Origin: Dictyostelium discoideum
Lineage: Eukaryota
Assembly (NCBI GenBank): GCA_000004695.1
Contig: CM000150.2
Location: forward strand, 3,296,001-3,360,000
DNA length: 64,000 bases
Reading direction: 5' to 3'
Shown here: piece by piece, positions 1-15,856 of the stretch
How the letters are laid out: each line of letters begins with the position of its first letter
Numbering within the stretch: the first letter of the stretch is position 1
Made by a program: the position numbers and the translations under genes
The notes under the pieces: model-generated
What the model was told of the DNA's origin: nothing
Databases searched by the model: none
What the model saw: the letters and a program-made list of their open reading frames with translations, nothing else

Positions 1-2
1 TT

Positions 3-614
3 AAATCTGGTGTATTATCAATTAAAGAGAATAAAAAAGTAGAAACTATATCAAGCGTAAATGTCCAAACAAAAGTTGAAAAAGATGAATGGATTTCAAT
101 TGAAAAGAAACCAAAGACAGCTAAACAATTAGTTGATAAGAAAGAAAAAGATGAAACATCACCATCACTCCTAAACAAAGGTCCAAAAGATAATTTATTA
201 ATTAGAAATTTATTAGTTGAAGAACCATTAGATTACCCATCACCAATAAAACCATCACAACCAATTAAAAATATTACTAAAGAAGTTAAAAAAGATATTC
301 AACCAAAAGAAAATAAAAAAGAAAATCAATTAAAAGAAAATAAAAAAGAAAATAATAATAATAACAACAATAATAACACTAATAATATATCAAAAGAAAA
401 TAATACTAAGAAGGTTTCAAAATCATCTACTTCAAATACATTAAAAAATAATAATGATAATATAGTCAATTCAACAAATAAACAAACCAACAAATCAACC
501 ACCACCACATCCGAAAAAGATCTTTCTATAATCTCATCATCTTTAATAATGAATTTAGTTGCTGTAGTTTCAGTTTTAGTTTTAGGTTTTATTCTTAAAT
601 ATTTATTTGTTTAA
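3..614 (+). CDS. 3' end of a gene starting outside the window. Lys/Asn-rich tail with a single C-terminal transmembrane segment (…SSLIMNLVAVVSVLVLGFILKYLFV*), i.e. a tail-anchored membrane protein of unknown family.
   Basis: Seen in sequence: frame 3 is open from the window edge to TAA at 612-614 (not in the ORF track because there is no in-window start). Composition is coding-like (K/E/N-rich, not homopolymer) and ends in a ~20-aa hydrophobic stretch followed by a stop. Confidence 0.4.
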   Translation, partial: KSGVLSIKENKKVETISSVNVQTKVEKDEWISIEKKPKTAKQLVDKKEKDETSPSLLNKGPKDNLLIRNLLVEEPLDYPSPIKPSQPIKNITKEVKKDIQPKENKKENQLKENKKENNNNNNNNNTNNISKENNTKKVSKSSTSNTLKNNNDNIVNSTNKQTNKSTTTTSEKDLSIISSSLIMNLVAVVSVLVLGFILKYLFV

Positions 615-1166
615 ACATATATTAGTTAAATAAAATAAAATATTTTAATTAAAATAAATTAAAAATAAAGAAAAAAAAAAAAGTATTAAAATTAGAAATA
701 AATAAACTAAACAAAAACAAAATTTTATTAAAAAAAAAAAATATATATATATAAATTCCCCAATCATATGATTTTTCTAAATTTACAAATTCATTTACTA
801 TTTGATAAATAGTAATATATTAAATTAAATTTTTACAAAAACAAAAAAATTTTTTTTTTTTTTCTTTTCTAAACACAATAATTTAATATTATATAAAATC
901 AAATAAAAAAAATTATTAATTAATTTTACACCTTAATTCCTTGATAGGGATAAAGGTGTAAAATAAAAAAAAAAAAAAAAAAAAAAAACATAGTATTAAA
1001 TTACAACACGCACCTTTTTTCCCCAACTATTATTACAACAAAATTAAAAATAAGTAAAATTAAATTACAAATTAATAATCATTTTTTTTTTTTTTTTTAT
1101 GTGTTCGGTCAAATATTATAACTTGTATAATATTTAACAATTTTAAAAGTACATTTTTTATTTTTT

Positions 1167-1200
<34 letters not shown>

Positions 1201-1320
1201 GTTTACATAGGATTATTAATTTGAGTTAAATAAATATTACTTAAATAATATTATTTACAGTGGTCGCTTTTTTTTTTTTTTTTCTCGAATATTTAATAAA
1301 GTTTGTTAATGATTTTCGAT

Positions 1321-1636
1321 TTAACAAGTTGTTGGGATTCCATCTGGGTATTGAAGTACATATCCTTTTGTTGGGAAACTAGTAGAATCGAAATATCCTG
1401 GTGGTAATCTAGAAATTTTATTAATTCCATTGTTTGAATTAAAACTATTTGAATTAAATATGTTTTTATTATCGATATTTGATTTATTAAAATTATAGAT
1501 TGATTTTAAAGATGCTAAAATAAAGGAAAAAAAAAAAAATAGTAATTAGTATTAAGTAAAATTATTATACAGATTTTTCAAAAATAAAAAAAAAAAAAAA
1601 AAAAAAGTTTAATTAAATCTTACCAAAAATTGCCAT
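1321..1636 (-). CDS. Small two-exon gene, join(1321..1514,1624..1636). Encodes a 68-aa Asn/Ser-rich peptide (MAIFASLKSIYNFNKSN…GYVLQYPDGIPTTC*). Hypothetical.
   Basis: Seen in sequence: ATG at 1636-1634, 13-nt first exon, GTAAGA donor, AT-rich 109-nt intron ending TTTTAG. Exon 2 is in frame (phase 1) down to TAA at 1321-1323. Only the structure supports it; no homology recognised. Confidence 0.3.
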
Positions 1637-1765
1637 TTTATTAATTATAATTTTATAGTTTTTTTAAAAAAATATTTTATCTTTTATTTTATTATTATTA
1701 TTTTATTTTGTTTTAATGATCATTGTATTGAAAAAAATAAACTTTAAATAGTTGATTGTTTATGA

Positions 1766-1806
<41 letters not shown>

Positions 1807-2041
1807 AATAAAATAAAAATAAAATAAAAAAAATTAATATATAAATAAATTATATTTATTTGTTATACATAACTTCTTTAGGGTTAAATTCATTATTATT
1901 ATTATTATTTTTATTATTAACATTAATATTATTTGATTTATGATTTGAACTTGTACAAACAACTTTCCTTTTTTAATAATTAACATTAACACAACCCCTT
2001 AAACACACCAACCCCCAAAACATAACACCAACACCACACAT

Positions 2042-2052
<11 letters not shown>

Positions 2053-2095
<43 letters not shown>
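2053..2095. repeat. (CA)~21 dinucleotide microsatellite inside a CA/ACC-rich island (about 1960-2300) in otherwise AT-rich intergenic DNA.
   Basis: Seen in sequence: uninterrupted cacaca… run, flanked by 'acatacatacacataca' and 'caacccccaaaacataacaccaacaccacac'. Confidence 0.9.
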
Positions 2096-2097
<2 letters not shown>

Positions 2098-3497
2098 ATT
2101 TTAAATATATATATTTTTAAAATATATTTTATATTGTATTTAATATGTTTATATATATATTTTATTTTTTTTAAATATAATATTTATACCAATACACTTC
2201 ATACATTAACAACCCACAAAAAAAAACACACACATACATACATAAAAAAATATCTCACCAACAAACACATTCTCTCTTTTCACCAAAAAAAAAAAAACAA
2301 ATACATGTAAAATAACAAATCTTAAATTATCGTTTAAAAATTATTATTATTATTATTAATTTTATTATATTTTTTTTTTTTTTTCACCGCAATATGATAG
2401 TGGGTGATATCATTCATACTTTTTCAAACATTAAAGAGGTAGATTTAAATTATATTTGTAAGGCAAAATAACAAAAAAAAAAAAAAAGAATTATTTTGAT
2501 AATAGTTATAATAAAGCCAGTGGGGGGAGAGTGGGTGTGGTTTTTTTTTGTTATTATATGCTTGAATAACAAATTATAGAACAACCTCAAAAAACATTAT
2601 GTGAACAACAACAAATAAAAGAAATTTAAAATAAACTCCATAAAAATATCGATTTAAAATCATTTTATCCATTTTTTTTTAAAAAAAAATTGTTTTTATG
2701 GTAAAAAAAAAAAATAAACACCTCATTAAACTCCCAATTATTTCAAATAAAATATCAAAAATGAAAATTACATTAAAATTAACATTGATTTTAAATATTT
2801 TCATATTGTTATTGTCATTTTGTAAGACTTTTAATTTTTTTGTTTTAATTATTTTTGTTTTGGTTTTGGTTTTTTTTTTTTTTTTTTTTTTATTATTATA
2901 ATTTAGTTTACAATTTTGAAAATATCTTTTTTTTTTTCTTTTTTTTTTTATTTTAAAGTCTTATAAAATGAAATTACAAATTTATAGTTTGTAAATTGAA
3001 TTTTTTTAAACTAATTAATATTTTTTCCCCAAGTTTGGTTTAAAATTCAATGAAATTTGATTATTAGATATTTCTCGTCATCTATCATTTTTTTTTTTTT
3101 TAAAATATTTTTTTTTTTTTTCAGATTAGTTTTTTTTTTTAAAACAAAAAATCAATTTTTTTTTTTATTAAAAATAAACATTAAAATATAACCTAATAAT
3201 CTCTTAAATCTTATTTTATTTTATGATACACCATAAAAGATTTTTTTTTTGTCTAATAAAAATCAAAATATAAGAGCAAGGAAAAAGATTTTAATGGTAT
3301 TAATAATTACTTTTTATGATAATTTAACAATTTTAATTTCTTTTGGAAATTAAAAATATTAATTTCTTTACTTTTTTTTTTTTTTTTTTTTTTTTAAAAA
3401 ATAAAAAAATTAATATGATAAGATTTTTATTTTTAAAAGATTTTAAAAGATTTTTGGGTAATTTATTTATTTATTATTAAAAATTGTTTTTTTTCTA

Positions 3498-3557
<60 letters not shown>

Positions 3558-3623
3558 ATATAGATTTTTAATTTTTTATTATTATATTGTTTTTTTATTA
3601 TTATTTTTTTATTTATGCTTTTT

Positions 3624-4197
3624 TTACCACCATGGTTTATCTTTTTTAAATTTAGATAATTCATCAGTTTCGAATAAATAATATGGACGTCCTGGTATCT
3701 TTTGGTTGTATGTCCAATCATTTGTAAACATATCATAATTTTTTTTATATTTTTCACTATTACATTTTTCCATATTACTAATTGTTTCATTATTTTTAAT
3801 TATATTATTTGATTCATCTGATATTGAGTTATGATTAAAATTACTATTTGATGTCGATGCATCGTCATTTGCACAGCCAACATTGTCATCACTTTCAGTT
3901 ATATTTTTTAAATTAATTTCTATTATAGAGTCATCATTTTTTAAATCTATAGATTTATGTTCAACTATATAAAATTAATATCAAAATAAAATCAAATTAT
4001 ATTAATTAATTATCGATCAAATATAATAATAAAATAGATAAAATCGATAAAAATGTAAAACATAAAAAAATAATTATTATTATAAATTATTATTATTATT
4101 TAAAAAATTGATTAAGATTAAAAACAATATTTTTTTTTTTTTTTTTTTTTAGATTTGATATTGTGCGATTTAAAATTAACTTACTAATAATTGTCAT
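3624..4197 (-). CDS. Two-exon gene, join(3624..3964,4185..4197). Encodes a 117-aa protein (MTIIIEHKSIDLKNDDSIIEINLKNITESDDNVGCANDDASTSNS…DMFTNDWTYNQKIPGRPYYLFETDELSKFKKDKPWW*). Hypothetical, no family recognised.
   Basis: Seen in sequence: ATG 4197-4195, 13-nt exon 1, GTAAGT donor, 220-nt AT-rich intron, acceptor …tttatatag. Exon 2 is phase-consistent and extends the track ORF 3554..3790 upstream without stops; stop TAA at 3624-3626. Confidence 0.45.
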
Positions 4198-4492
4198 TTT
4201 TTTTTTTTTTTTTTTTTTCCCTTATTATTATTTATTTAAAATTTACTTTATATTAAAAAATGTTAAAATTACTAAAATATTTTTTAATTAATTAAAAAAT
4301 TAAGAATTAAAAAATATAATTAAAAAATAATTAAAAATTATATAAAAAAAAAAAAAAAAAAAAATTTAATAACTAAAAAATATTAAAAAAAAACAATTAA
4401 AAAAATAAATAAAAAAAAACAAATTATAATATATTTAAAATACTATTTTTATTTATGAATATATATATTTATTTTTTAAATTATTTTGTCAC

Positions 4493-4555
4493 TCCCACAC
4501 AAAAAATTCACACACTCACCTTTTATTTGTACATTTCACCCACTCCCACACACAA
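4493..4555 (+). promoter_or_regulatory. Two copies, ~45 bp apart, of a C-rich 'ACTCCCACACA(C)AAAAA' element (near-matches to the dictyostelid DUSE motif [A/T]CCCA[C/T]AA). They sit immediately upstream of a less AT-rich ~150-bp segment that ends in a long T-run (4708-4745).
   Basis: Seen in sequence: tcccacacaa at 4493-4502 and tcccacacacaa at 4544-4555. Downstream, 4600-4707 has unusually high G+C (…tgctggtggattg…catgatagtaggtgtgtttcaac…gattaatcatacaatagattcgaatttaacaccctctggtt) and is then followed by T-runs. Confidence 0.3.
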
Positions 4556-5230
4556 AAATTTTCTTTTTATTGCTGGTGGATTGTAAAAAATTGAAAAATA
4601 ACCATACTCATGATAGTAGGTGTGTTTCAACATTACTTTTTCTCATTAAATATTGTGTGTGTTTAATGATTAATCATACAATAGATTCGAATTTAACACC
4701 CTCTGGTTATTTTTTTTATTTTTTTTTATTTTTTTTTTTTTTTTATATAATTATATTTTTTGACTTTATTAATAAAAAAAAATAAATGGGATGGTGTTAT
4801 ATTTTTTTTTGGTAATTTTTTTCTATATTTAATATTATTATTTTTTTTATTTAAAAATATTATTTTCCTTTTTTATTTTATTGAGACCAAAATTAGAACC
4901 ACCGTTTTTAATTGATGTTCCCAATCTTGGTTAATATATTATATATATAAATAAATATATATAAAAATTAAACTAGATACTCAATACTTTTATGAGATAT
5001 ATCAGTTAACCTATTTATTTCAAACTCCCCATTCCATGAAATTTTAAATATAAATAATAACAATAATTTATTTTACAACTGTTTTTTTTCTTTTATTTTT
5101 TTTCTTTTTATTTTTTTTTTTATAATTGATATTTTTTTACAACAATTATTATAAGAATGGTTTTAAGAATGGTTTTTTATTTTTATTTTTATTTTTATTT
5201 TTATTTATTATTATTATTATTTTTTTTTTT

Positions 5231-7141
5231 TTAATTTGTAACATTCATTGGTGGTACTTGTAAATATTCAACATGTTTTTCAATTGAAATTTCTAAACCA
5301 TTTGTATCTATTTCAGTATCAAAAATTTCAACAGATTCTAAACCATCAACTTTTCCAATAATCTCTTGTAATTTATTTTTTGTTACAGTACAATGATCTT
5401 TGGTGATTAAAATCATGAATCCACCACCACCAGCACCAGCCAAAGAATAACCATAAGTATAATCTTTGACAAGGTTAAATATTTGAACTATCCTTGTTGG
5501 TTCAGAACCAACAGCCATGGCTTTCTTTTGATTCCAATATTGTAATAAACAGGAACCAATCTCTTTGATATCACCTCTAATTAAAGCTTCCTTCATTGTT
5601 TTAGTGGTTTGAATGAGTGCTTCAGTATTTGAGAGAATCTCTTGAGTTTTAGCATACCATCTTCTAATTACATCTTGTAAAAGATCTCTTGCCAATCTTG
5701 TTCTACCAGTGTAAATTAATAATAAATGATCATTTATGGTTTGAATGGTTTGATCCGACATTGGTAATTGATTGGCAGTTACCATGATTTTATCTGATTT
5801 GCTATGGAATCTTGTACAGGAACCCTCTTTGAAGCCACCTAAAACACCACCAATTTGATCTTGCCAACCACCACCAGTTGTTAACATTTGTTCAACTTTT
5901 AGCACAGCATGGAATAAATGTTGATCAGAGTATTTATAACCATAAGCATAGGCCATTGCAGTTATAAGACCAGCTGCCAATATACTTGAAGTGCCTAAAC
6001 CTGAACCAGTTGGTAAATCTGAACTTGAGGTTACTTCCATACCACCACCTAAACTCTCCAATTGTTGTTTCAAAGTTTTACAAACTACAACACATGCTGT
6101 AGTGGTTGAGGTTGTAATAGTTTTTGCTTTTCTACCATCGACAGAACTGACATTATTGAAATTAATGCCATCACCATAATCGATTAAACCCAATTGAAGG
6201 AAACATGATTTTAACAATGATCCAGGAGCATGTGGTTGATCATAATCCATTAGATCATTTAATGAACGACAAATGATTGAATCACCAGTTTGACCAACAC
6301 GAAATATTAACACTGGTTCATCCAATCTTCTAACACGTGCTTCAATTGATTTCTTACCACGAATACGAATTGCAGCATTTAAAACCACACCACCATGTTC
6401 ATAACAAATTGGAGGTGTATCTGTCCAACCACCTGCTAAATCGATTCTAACTGGTAAAGAAACACAAATCCAATCTTTTGTTGTTGTTGTTGTTGTCGTT
6501 GGACTATTTGATGGATCTAATGGTTTCAATTCAGTTGGACAAGTATCAACTATATTTTTAATAACGATTTGACCAGCACCTTCATAATGTCTAGCAACAC
6601 GTATCATGCTTTCATAAGAGGTTAACCATTTTCTACGTTCCTTTATCAAAGAGAGGAAACCTTTTCTTTCATCATGATTTCTAAAATAATTGAATGACTT
6701 TTCAAATTGACTATTTCTAGCTGGACCAGAACGTAAACCACCTTGATTATTAACATAGATTGCCAATGTATCAGAGATACATGATAATAATCTACCAGTA
6801 TATTGTAATGGACATGATAATGAAATTCGATCCAATGTTTCCAATGCTTTACTTAATGGAATATTACATTCTGACCATTTCTTTACAAATGGTAAAATCG
6901 ATTGATCAATACCTTGAACTAATATATGTTCAATTTCCATTGAATCAACTTGAAATGATATCTCTCTTCTCCACTTAAATCCTGCTTCAATATCACCTTC
7001 AATCATCCATTTACTTGAATATTCTGATGCTCCTGTTGTAAATGATGTTGTACATGGTTTAATTCTTTCTGAATTTGAAATTATATTATCAACTAAATTA
7101 TTTGTATTAAAACTATAACAATTTTCATTACTATTATTTAA

Positions 7142-7201
<60 letters not shown>

Positions 7202-9445
7202 ATCAATATTATTATCATTATCATTATTATTATTAATATTATTATTAATATTATTATTATTATTATTAATATTATTATTATTATTATTATTACAATTGTT
7301 TGAATTTGAATTTTCAACAATTAAAACACCATCACCAACTTTATTTTCACTTAATTGTTGAACTTGTTGTTTAACTTCTAATTGAGTATAATCTAATAGA
7401 TAAGATTCACCAATGATATCAGCAACAGAGATACGTTTTGAAGATCTCCAACGACCAATTACAGATAATGGTGGTGATTCTTTATTTTGAATCCAAAGTG
7501 AAGCTTCATACATTTTTTCATCTTGATCATTGACAATAATTGGAAAAAGTCTTGCAGTTCTAAGTATTTTAGGTACACCTTTTGACCAAAGTTCATCGGG
7601 TGATACACCACTTGATAGTAAGAATTCTTCCCAATTTCTATTTGCAATTCTCGCAGTTGGATCATTATAGAAAGAGTTTAAATCATCTTCAATGCCTAAT
7701 ACTATTAATGCTTTTGGTGATTCAGAGATTGAATGTTTGATTTTAATTGATTTTAAACGAATTTCATTTACCATCATATTTGAATGAATATGAAAAGTTT
7801 CAAACAATGATTTTACACCGAAAACAATTGAACGTTCACCAATTGACCAATTACCAGTGAGTATAGAATCATAGATCACTGTGGTATCAAATGATTTACC
7901 TTTACCCATAAGAATACTATTTACAATGATACCTTTAACCGAATCTTGACAATCAATGAATGAATGCATCTTTTTTGAAATTATACTTTTTTCACCACTT
8001 GCACCAACACCAATATTTGAATTAATGAAATTTAAATAATCGGTTGGATTCTTTAAATAATAATAGGTTCCTTTAATTTTAATTGATCTAATTGGTGTTG
8101 TTCTAAATGAATCCCAAACCACTTTTCTTGCCTTTCTAACCAACGATTTGTGAGAACCATAGAAATAAGGTTGATTTAAATAACTTTCAAAAGTTTCATT
8201 CTTTGTCATTGAACATAGAATGTCAGGGAAAACACCAAATTTTAAAAGTTGTGAACCCGAGTCAACACCCAAATAAGTGCATGAATCCAATGGTGATGTA
8301 TTATGAAGATACAATAGTTTCTCTGTGGTTTTCTCACAAAAGAATATGATACCAGTATAAATTGAAGCAGTATCATCATTCTTTGAAATGAATCCATTTA
8401 CTTGTAAATACTCCTTTGGTTTCTTATAGGCAATCTCTAAGATTTCACCAGTCTCTTCATTAATTTTACACATACCATGATTTGTATAATAATCGGGGCC
8501 AACATTCATTGTGATCACAGATACACCCGATTGTTTCCAAAGTGTTTTACTCTTTAGATTTGAATCTTCTCTATTGAAAAATATTAAAGATTCAGTACTT
8601 GAAACCATAAAACCTGATTGTAAATTCAATACAATATCATTTAAATTTGATAATAAAATATCAATTGGATAAACTGGTTCATCACCGACATATTTCTTAT
8701 TTGACTTTTCATTTTTATTTTGACCATCTTGTTGTTGTTTATTTTGATTCTGGTGATGTTTAATAATATCAATATTTTTTAAAGGCATCATTGAGAATGA
8801 TTTTGTACATAAATTTACTAATGGTGCATGTTGATGTATACCACCATTTAAAAGTAATAAAATTCTTTTATTCTTTAAAATATCAACATCTAAATAACTT
8901 TTACCTGATAGTGCACTTAACTTTTCAGTTATTACAAATAATGAATTTATCATTGATGATCCACTTCCAACTTTTGTATAATGAGGTTTATGTAAATTCT
9001 CTTCATTTTCATCAATTTCATCACCATTATCATCAATATTATTTTTAATACCATGATTATGATATATTTTATGTTTTTCATTTTTATTATTATTATTATT
9101 ATCATTTTTATTTTTATTATTACTTGATTGATACTGTAATGGAATTTCACCAAATGTCTCTTGTTCTTCTTCATCATCAATTTCTTCTTGTGATTTTGAT
9201 CTTCTTTTTGTTTTCATTGGTCTATAACCAGTATTTATGTATGGATCAGGTATTGATATTAAAAATGTTTTCTTTGAAATTATACCTTCATTTTGTCTAT
9301 TTTGTAATTCTTTTAAAAACTCTTCAGCATGTTCATATTTTGGTGCTGTCACTGCTATAGCATCCCAATAAATATCTTCTTCTCCATTTTCATTTAAATT
9401 TTTATTCTCTCCAATATAATTATGTTGATAACTATGAAAATTCAT
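5231..9445 (-). CDS. L-fucose kinase (fucokinase, FCSK/FUK homolog). N-terminal fucokinase domain plus C-terminal GHMP-kinase domain, 1404 aa, single exon. Carries a ~60-residue poly-Asn insertion.
   Basis: Seen in sequence: continuous 4.2-kb ORF. GHMP motifs PTGSGLGTSSILAAGLI and the C-terminal GAGGGGF are present. N-terminus (…WDAIAVTAP…) and mid-region (DSCTYLGVDSGSQLL…FPDILCSMT) align from memory with human FUK (WTVIILTCQ…; DACTYLGLDSGARPV…FFDILHCMA). The poly-N is encoded by (AAT)n at about 7140-7320. Confidence 0.85.
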
Positions 9446-9523
9446 TTTATTATAAAATCAACACATATGTTTATAAATAAATTTAAATAAATATAAAATT
9501 AATTTTATAATAATTTTTTTTTT

Positions 9524-9606
<83 letters not shown>

Positions 9607-9787
9607 ATATGTTTTGTTTTGAGTGTGTTGGTGTTAATTATAAATGAAAAAAATTAAAAAAAAAAATTCAAAAAATTTAATTCAAAAAATTAATAATAAA
9701 AAATTTAATTTGAAAATGAAATTTCAAATAAAAATAAAAATAAAAAAAATAAAAAAGTAGAATATGTATTTGGAGGAGTGTCCAAAA

Positions 9788-12565
<2,778 letters not shown>

Positions 12566-13434
12566 TGCTACCTATTAACTTTTCATTAACAAAATTTATA
12601 TGTGATTATGAAAAAAAAAAAAAATAAAAAAAAAAAACAAAATGAAAAAAATCTTATGTACTTTGAAAATTAATAAAAAAAAAAAAAAAATTTAAAAAAC
12701 ACCCTTCCTTTTTTATTTTTAATAATAATTATTTTCAAATAGCCTTTTTTAGACCAAATCCCATTAAAAAAAATTAAGAATTTATTTTGGTATAAAAGGT
12801 CCAATTTTTTTATTTTATTTATATGGACAGTCTCAAAAAAATTACCTTTAATAAATAAAATTAAAAATTTAAAAATTAAAAAAAAAAAAAAATAAAAAAA
12901 TAATTAATCTAACATTTTTTTATTTAATCTGGTCCATTATTTGATTTTTTTTAATTCAAAAGGAATTTGGATATTGTAAAAAGGAATCTACCAAATTTGA
13001 ACCATAAAAAAACTCAAAATGATTTTTAAATTAACAAATTTTTAATTTATTTGGTGTATAAATGTTTGATTAAATTTTACCAATTAAATCAAATAAATTT
13101 TTTTAAAATATATTCCTTCTCATTGTTCCTAAAAATGGAAATACAAAAAATCTTAAAAAATGTTCTAAAATTAAAATTAAAATTAAATTAAAAAAAAAAA
13201 AAAAAAGAAAATCTATGGATGATTAAATTGTTTTCAAAATAAATATATTATCACAATCGGATGTGATAAAATTAAACTATTTATTAATTATTAGGGAGAG
13301 GGAAGATTTTTTTTTTTCCAGAACTTTTAATGATATTTGATTATTATTATTATTATTTTATTATTATTTGTTTATTTATTATTATTATTATTTTATTATT
13401 ATTATCAGTATTATTATTATTTTTATTTTTATTA

Positions 13435-13544
<110 letters not shown>

Positions 13545-13630
13545 TGTGCTATTATTATTTTTTATTTTTATTAATATTATAATTTATTTATTATTTATTA
13601 TTATTTATTTATTTATTATTTTTTAATTAT

Positions 13631-13659
<29 letters not shown>

Positions 13660-13664
<5 letters not shown>

Positions 13665-15768
13665 GATATTGATTTTCATTTGGATGGTAACCTCTTGGTG
13701 GGTGAGTCATATAAGAATAAGGTGGAACTTGTTGATTTAAACGATTTGAAGGAGAATCTTGTTGTGGTGAATTTTGAGATACAACTTGACCTTGTTGTGG
13801 AATTATCATTGGTTGCACTTGAGGATAACCTTGTGGTGGTGGTTGATAAAATCTTTTATTACCACCTTGAATACCTTGGGGTGGCATTGGGTATTGAGGA
13901 TGTGGTACGGCATAAGGTGGGTGAGCACCTTGGAATACAAATGGTTGATTGGGTGGACCATTTGAGATGACTAAATTAGCACCGGGTGGAATACCTTGAA
14001 TGAATTGTGGTGGTGGTTGTTGTTGTTGTTGTTGTGGTTGTTGTTGTGGTGGTAGATGGCCACCTCTTTGGACACCCATTGGACCTCCAGGTTGACCAGT
14101 TTGTTGTTGTTGTTGCTGTTGTTGTTGATACATTGTTTTTGGAGCACCGCCTGCAGATGGTTGAACTACACCGCCCTGTGGCTGTACGATACCTTGAGGT
14201 TGAACGATACCTTGTGGTTGAACGACACCACCGCCACCTGGTTGTAAAGAACCTGGTGGTTTCATTGTGTGTACATTTACACCAGGTGGTACTTGTTGTA
14301 ATTGTGGTGGTACCATATGATGATGTGGTTGTAATTGTGGATGACCTTGTTGTGAATAAAATTGTGGATTGAATTGAAGTTGTGGAGGTGGTTGATGACC
14401 AACCATATGATGATGTGCTCTCATTTGATAGGCTGCAGCATATGGATCCTCTTCATAACGTGGATAAAATGGATCAACCCAATACAATGAAACTTGATCG
14501 GGTGATTCTGGTTGTAATTGTCTCTTTCTCATTGAATCATAATAGATCTCATTGATTGGTGTAACACTATCAGTATTTGATTCAGTTGTTGATTTAAATG
14601 ATGGTTGTGGTTTATTAACTACAACTGGTACAAATTCTTTTGCATTTGGATTTAATTTTAATTTTGATAATTTAGTTACAGTTGTAGTATTATTATTATT
14701 ATTATTGGTGGTATTAGTAGTGGTAGTAGTAGTATTAGATGATGATGATGATTCATCTTTCTTTTCAACTAATGTAGAAGATTGATCTTTATCTTTTTCA
14801 TCAGATTTTTCTTTTTCTTTTTCTTTTTCTTTTTCATCAACTTTTTCTTTTTCTTTTTCCTTTTCTTTTTCTTTATCATCAGATTTATTTTCTGTTAAAA
14901 TTGTAGTTGTGATTGGTGTTGTAGTTGATTTATCATCTTCAGTAGTAGAGGGGGTGGTAGAATTTGTTGCTGTTGTTGTGGTGGTGGTGGTATTTGTAGT
15001 TGGTGGTGAAGTAGTAGAAGTATTTGTACTTGTAGAAGAACCAGATAATGATAATTGAGTTGGAGTTGGACGTGGTGAACCAGAACCAATTAATGGTGAA
15101 CCAGGTCTAGATTTTGATTTAATTACTAAATTACTACTAAAACTTTTTAATCCTTGAGTTTCAGAACCACGATCAACATTGTTAATTTTTAATTTAAAGT
15201 TATTGAAATCATTTACAAATTTCTCTGGTACGGTTGGAGTTGCCAATTCCAATGATAATGCTTTCACCAAACCATGATTTGAAACGATGGTTGGTACTGG
15301 TGATTTTGGAGCTTGATCACTATGGACCGATGAGAGTAATGGTGTGCCGTTTGGACCAACATTGCCACTACCATTTACTGGTGTGGTTGAAATGTTTGAA
15401 CCAGATTTATTCATTGATTTATTAGTTGGTTCCGATAAGATTTGTCTGTATCTTGTGTAAGCAACTGAACGTGGTGATAAATTTTCACGTGGTGATCCCA
15501 TTACATCTTGATCAATTGTTGATTGATGTAAACGTAATTTTGAAATTGTTGGTGATTCTCTATCACCTAATGGTGAATTAACATTTGTATTTGTTGCTGT
15601 TGGTGTATTATTTGTACTTGTAGTTGCAGTAGTAGTAGTTATATTTTTTGGTGTTGATGGTGTTGATGGTGTTGAACTTGTACTAGATGATGATGGTGAT
15701 TCATTTGTTGTTGTAGTAGTTGAAGTGGATGTAGAAGCTGTTGCTGTTGCTGTTGTTGTTGGTTGGGT

Positions 15769-15856
<88 letters not shown>

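Noticed and set aside
2698-2901. ORF whose second ATG gives a signal-peptide-like MKITLKLTLILNIFILLLSFC followed directly by GTAAGA (looks like a first exon).
   Set aside because: No in-frame downstream exon or acceptor could be found on the plus strand before the minus-strand gene at 3624-4197. The rest of the ORF is poly-F/poly-L from T-runs, so it is probably fortuitous.
4486-4785. 99-aa ORF (MSLPHKKFTHSPF…)
   Set aside because: Low-complexity, ends in poly-F from T-runs, no splice context. The region is better explained as regulatory or ncRNA (see findings).
7138-7320. Antisense or alternative-frame ORFs made of poly-I/L/Y/N/V/C inside (AAT)n/(CAA)n tracts. Examples: 7138..7320, 11024..11381, 11440..11829, 11932..12297, 13330..13626, 14007..14372, 15741..16019, 24639..25416, 33032..33566, 38478..38916, 39138..39489, 39964..40601, 41091..41315, 41961..42323, 44051..44263, 47470..48033, 49903..50121, 50266..50725, 51736..52311, 59081..59812, 60072..60549, 61275..61499, 62467..62772.
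   Set aside because: These are translations of trinucleotide repeats in the wrong frame or strand of real genes or microsatellites. They have homopolymeric composition and no independent start or splice signals.
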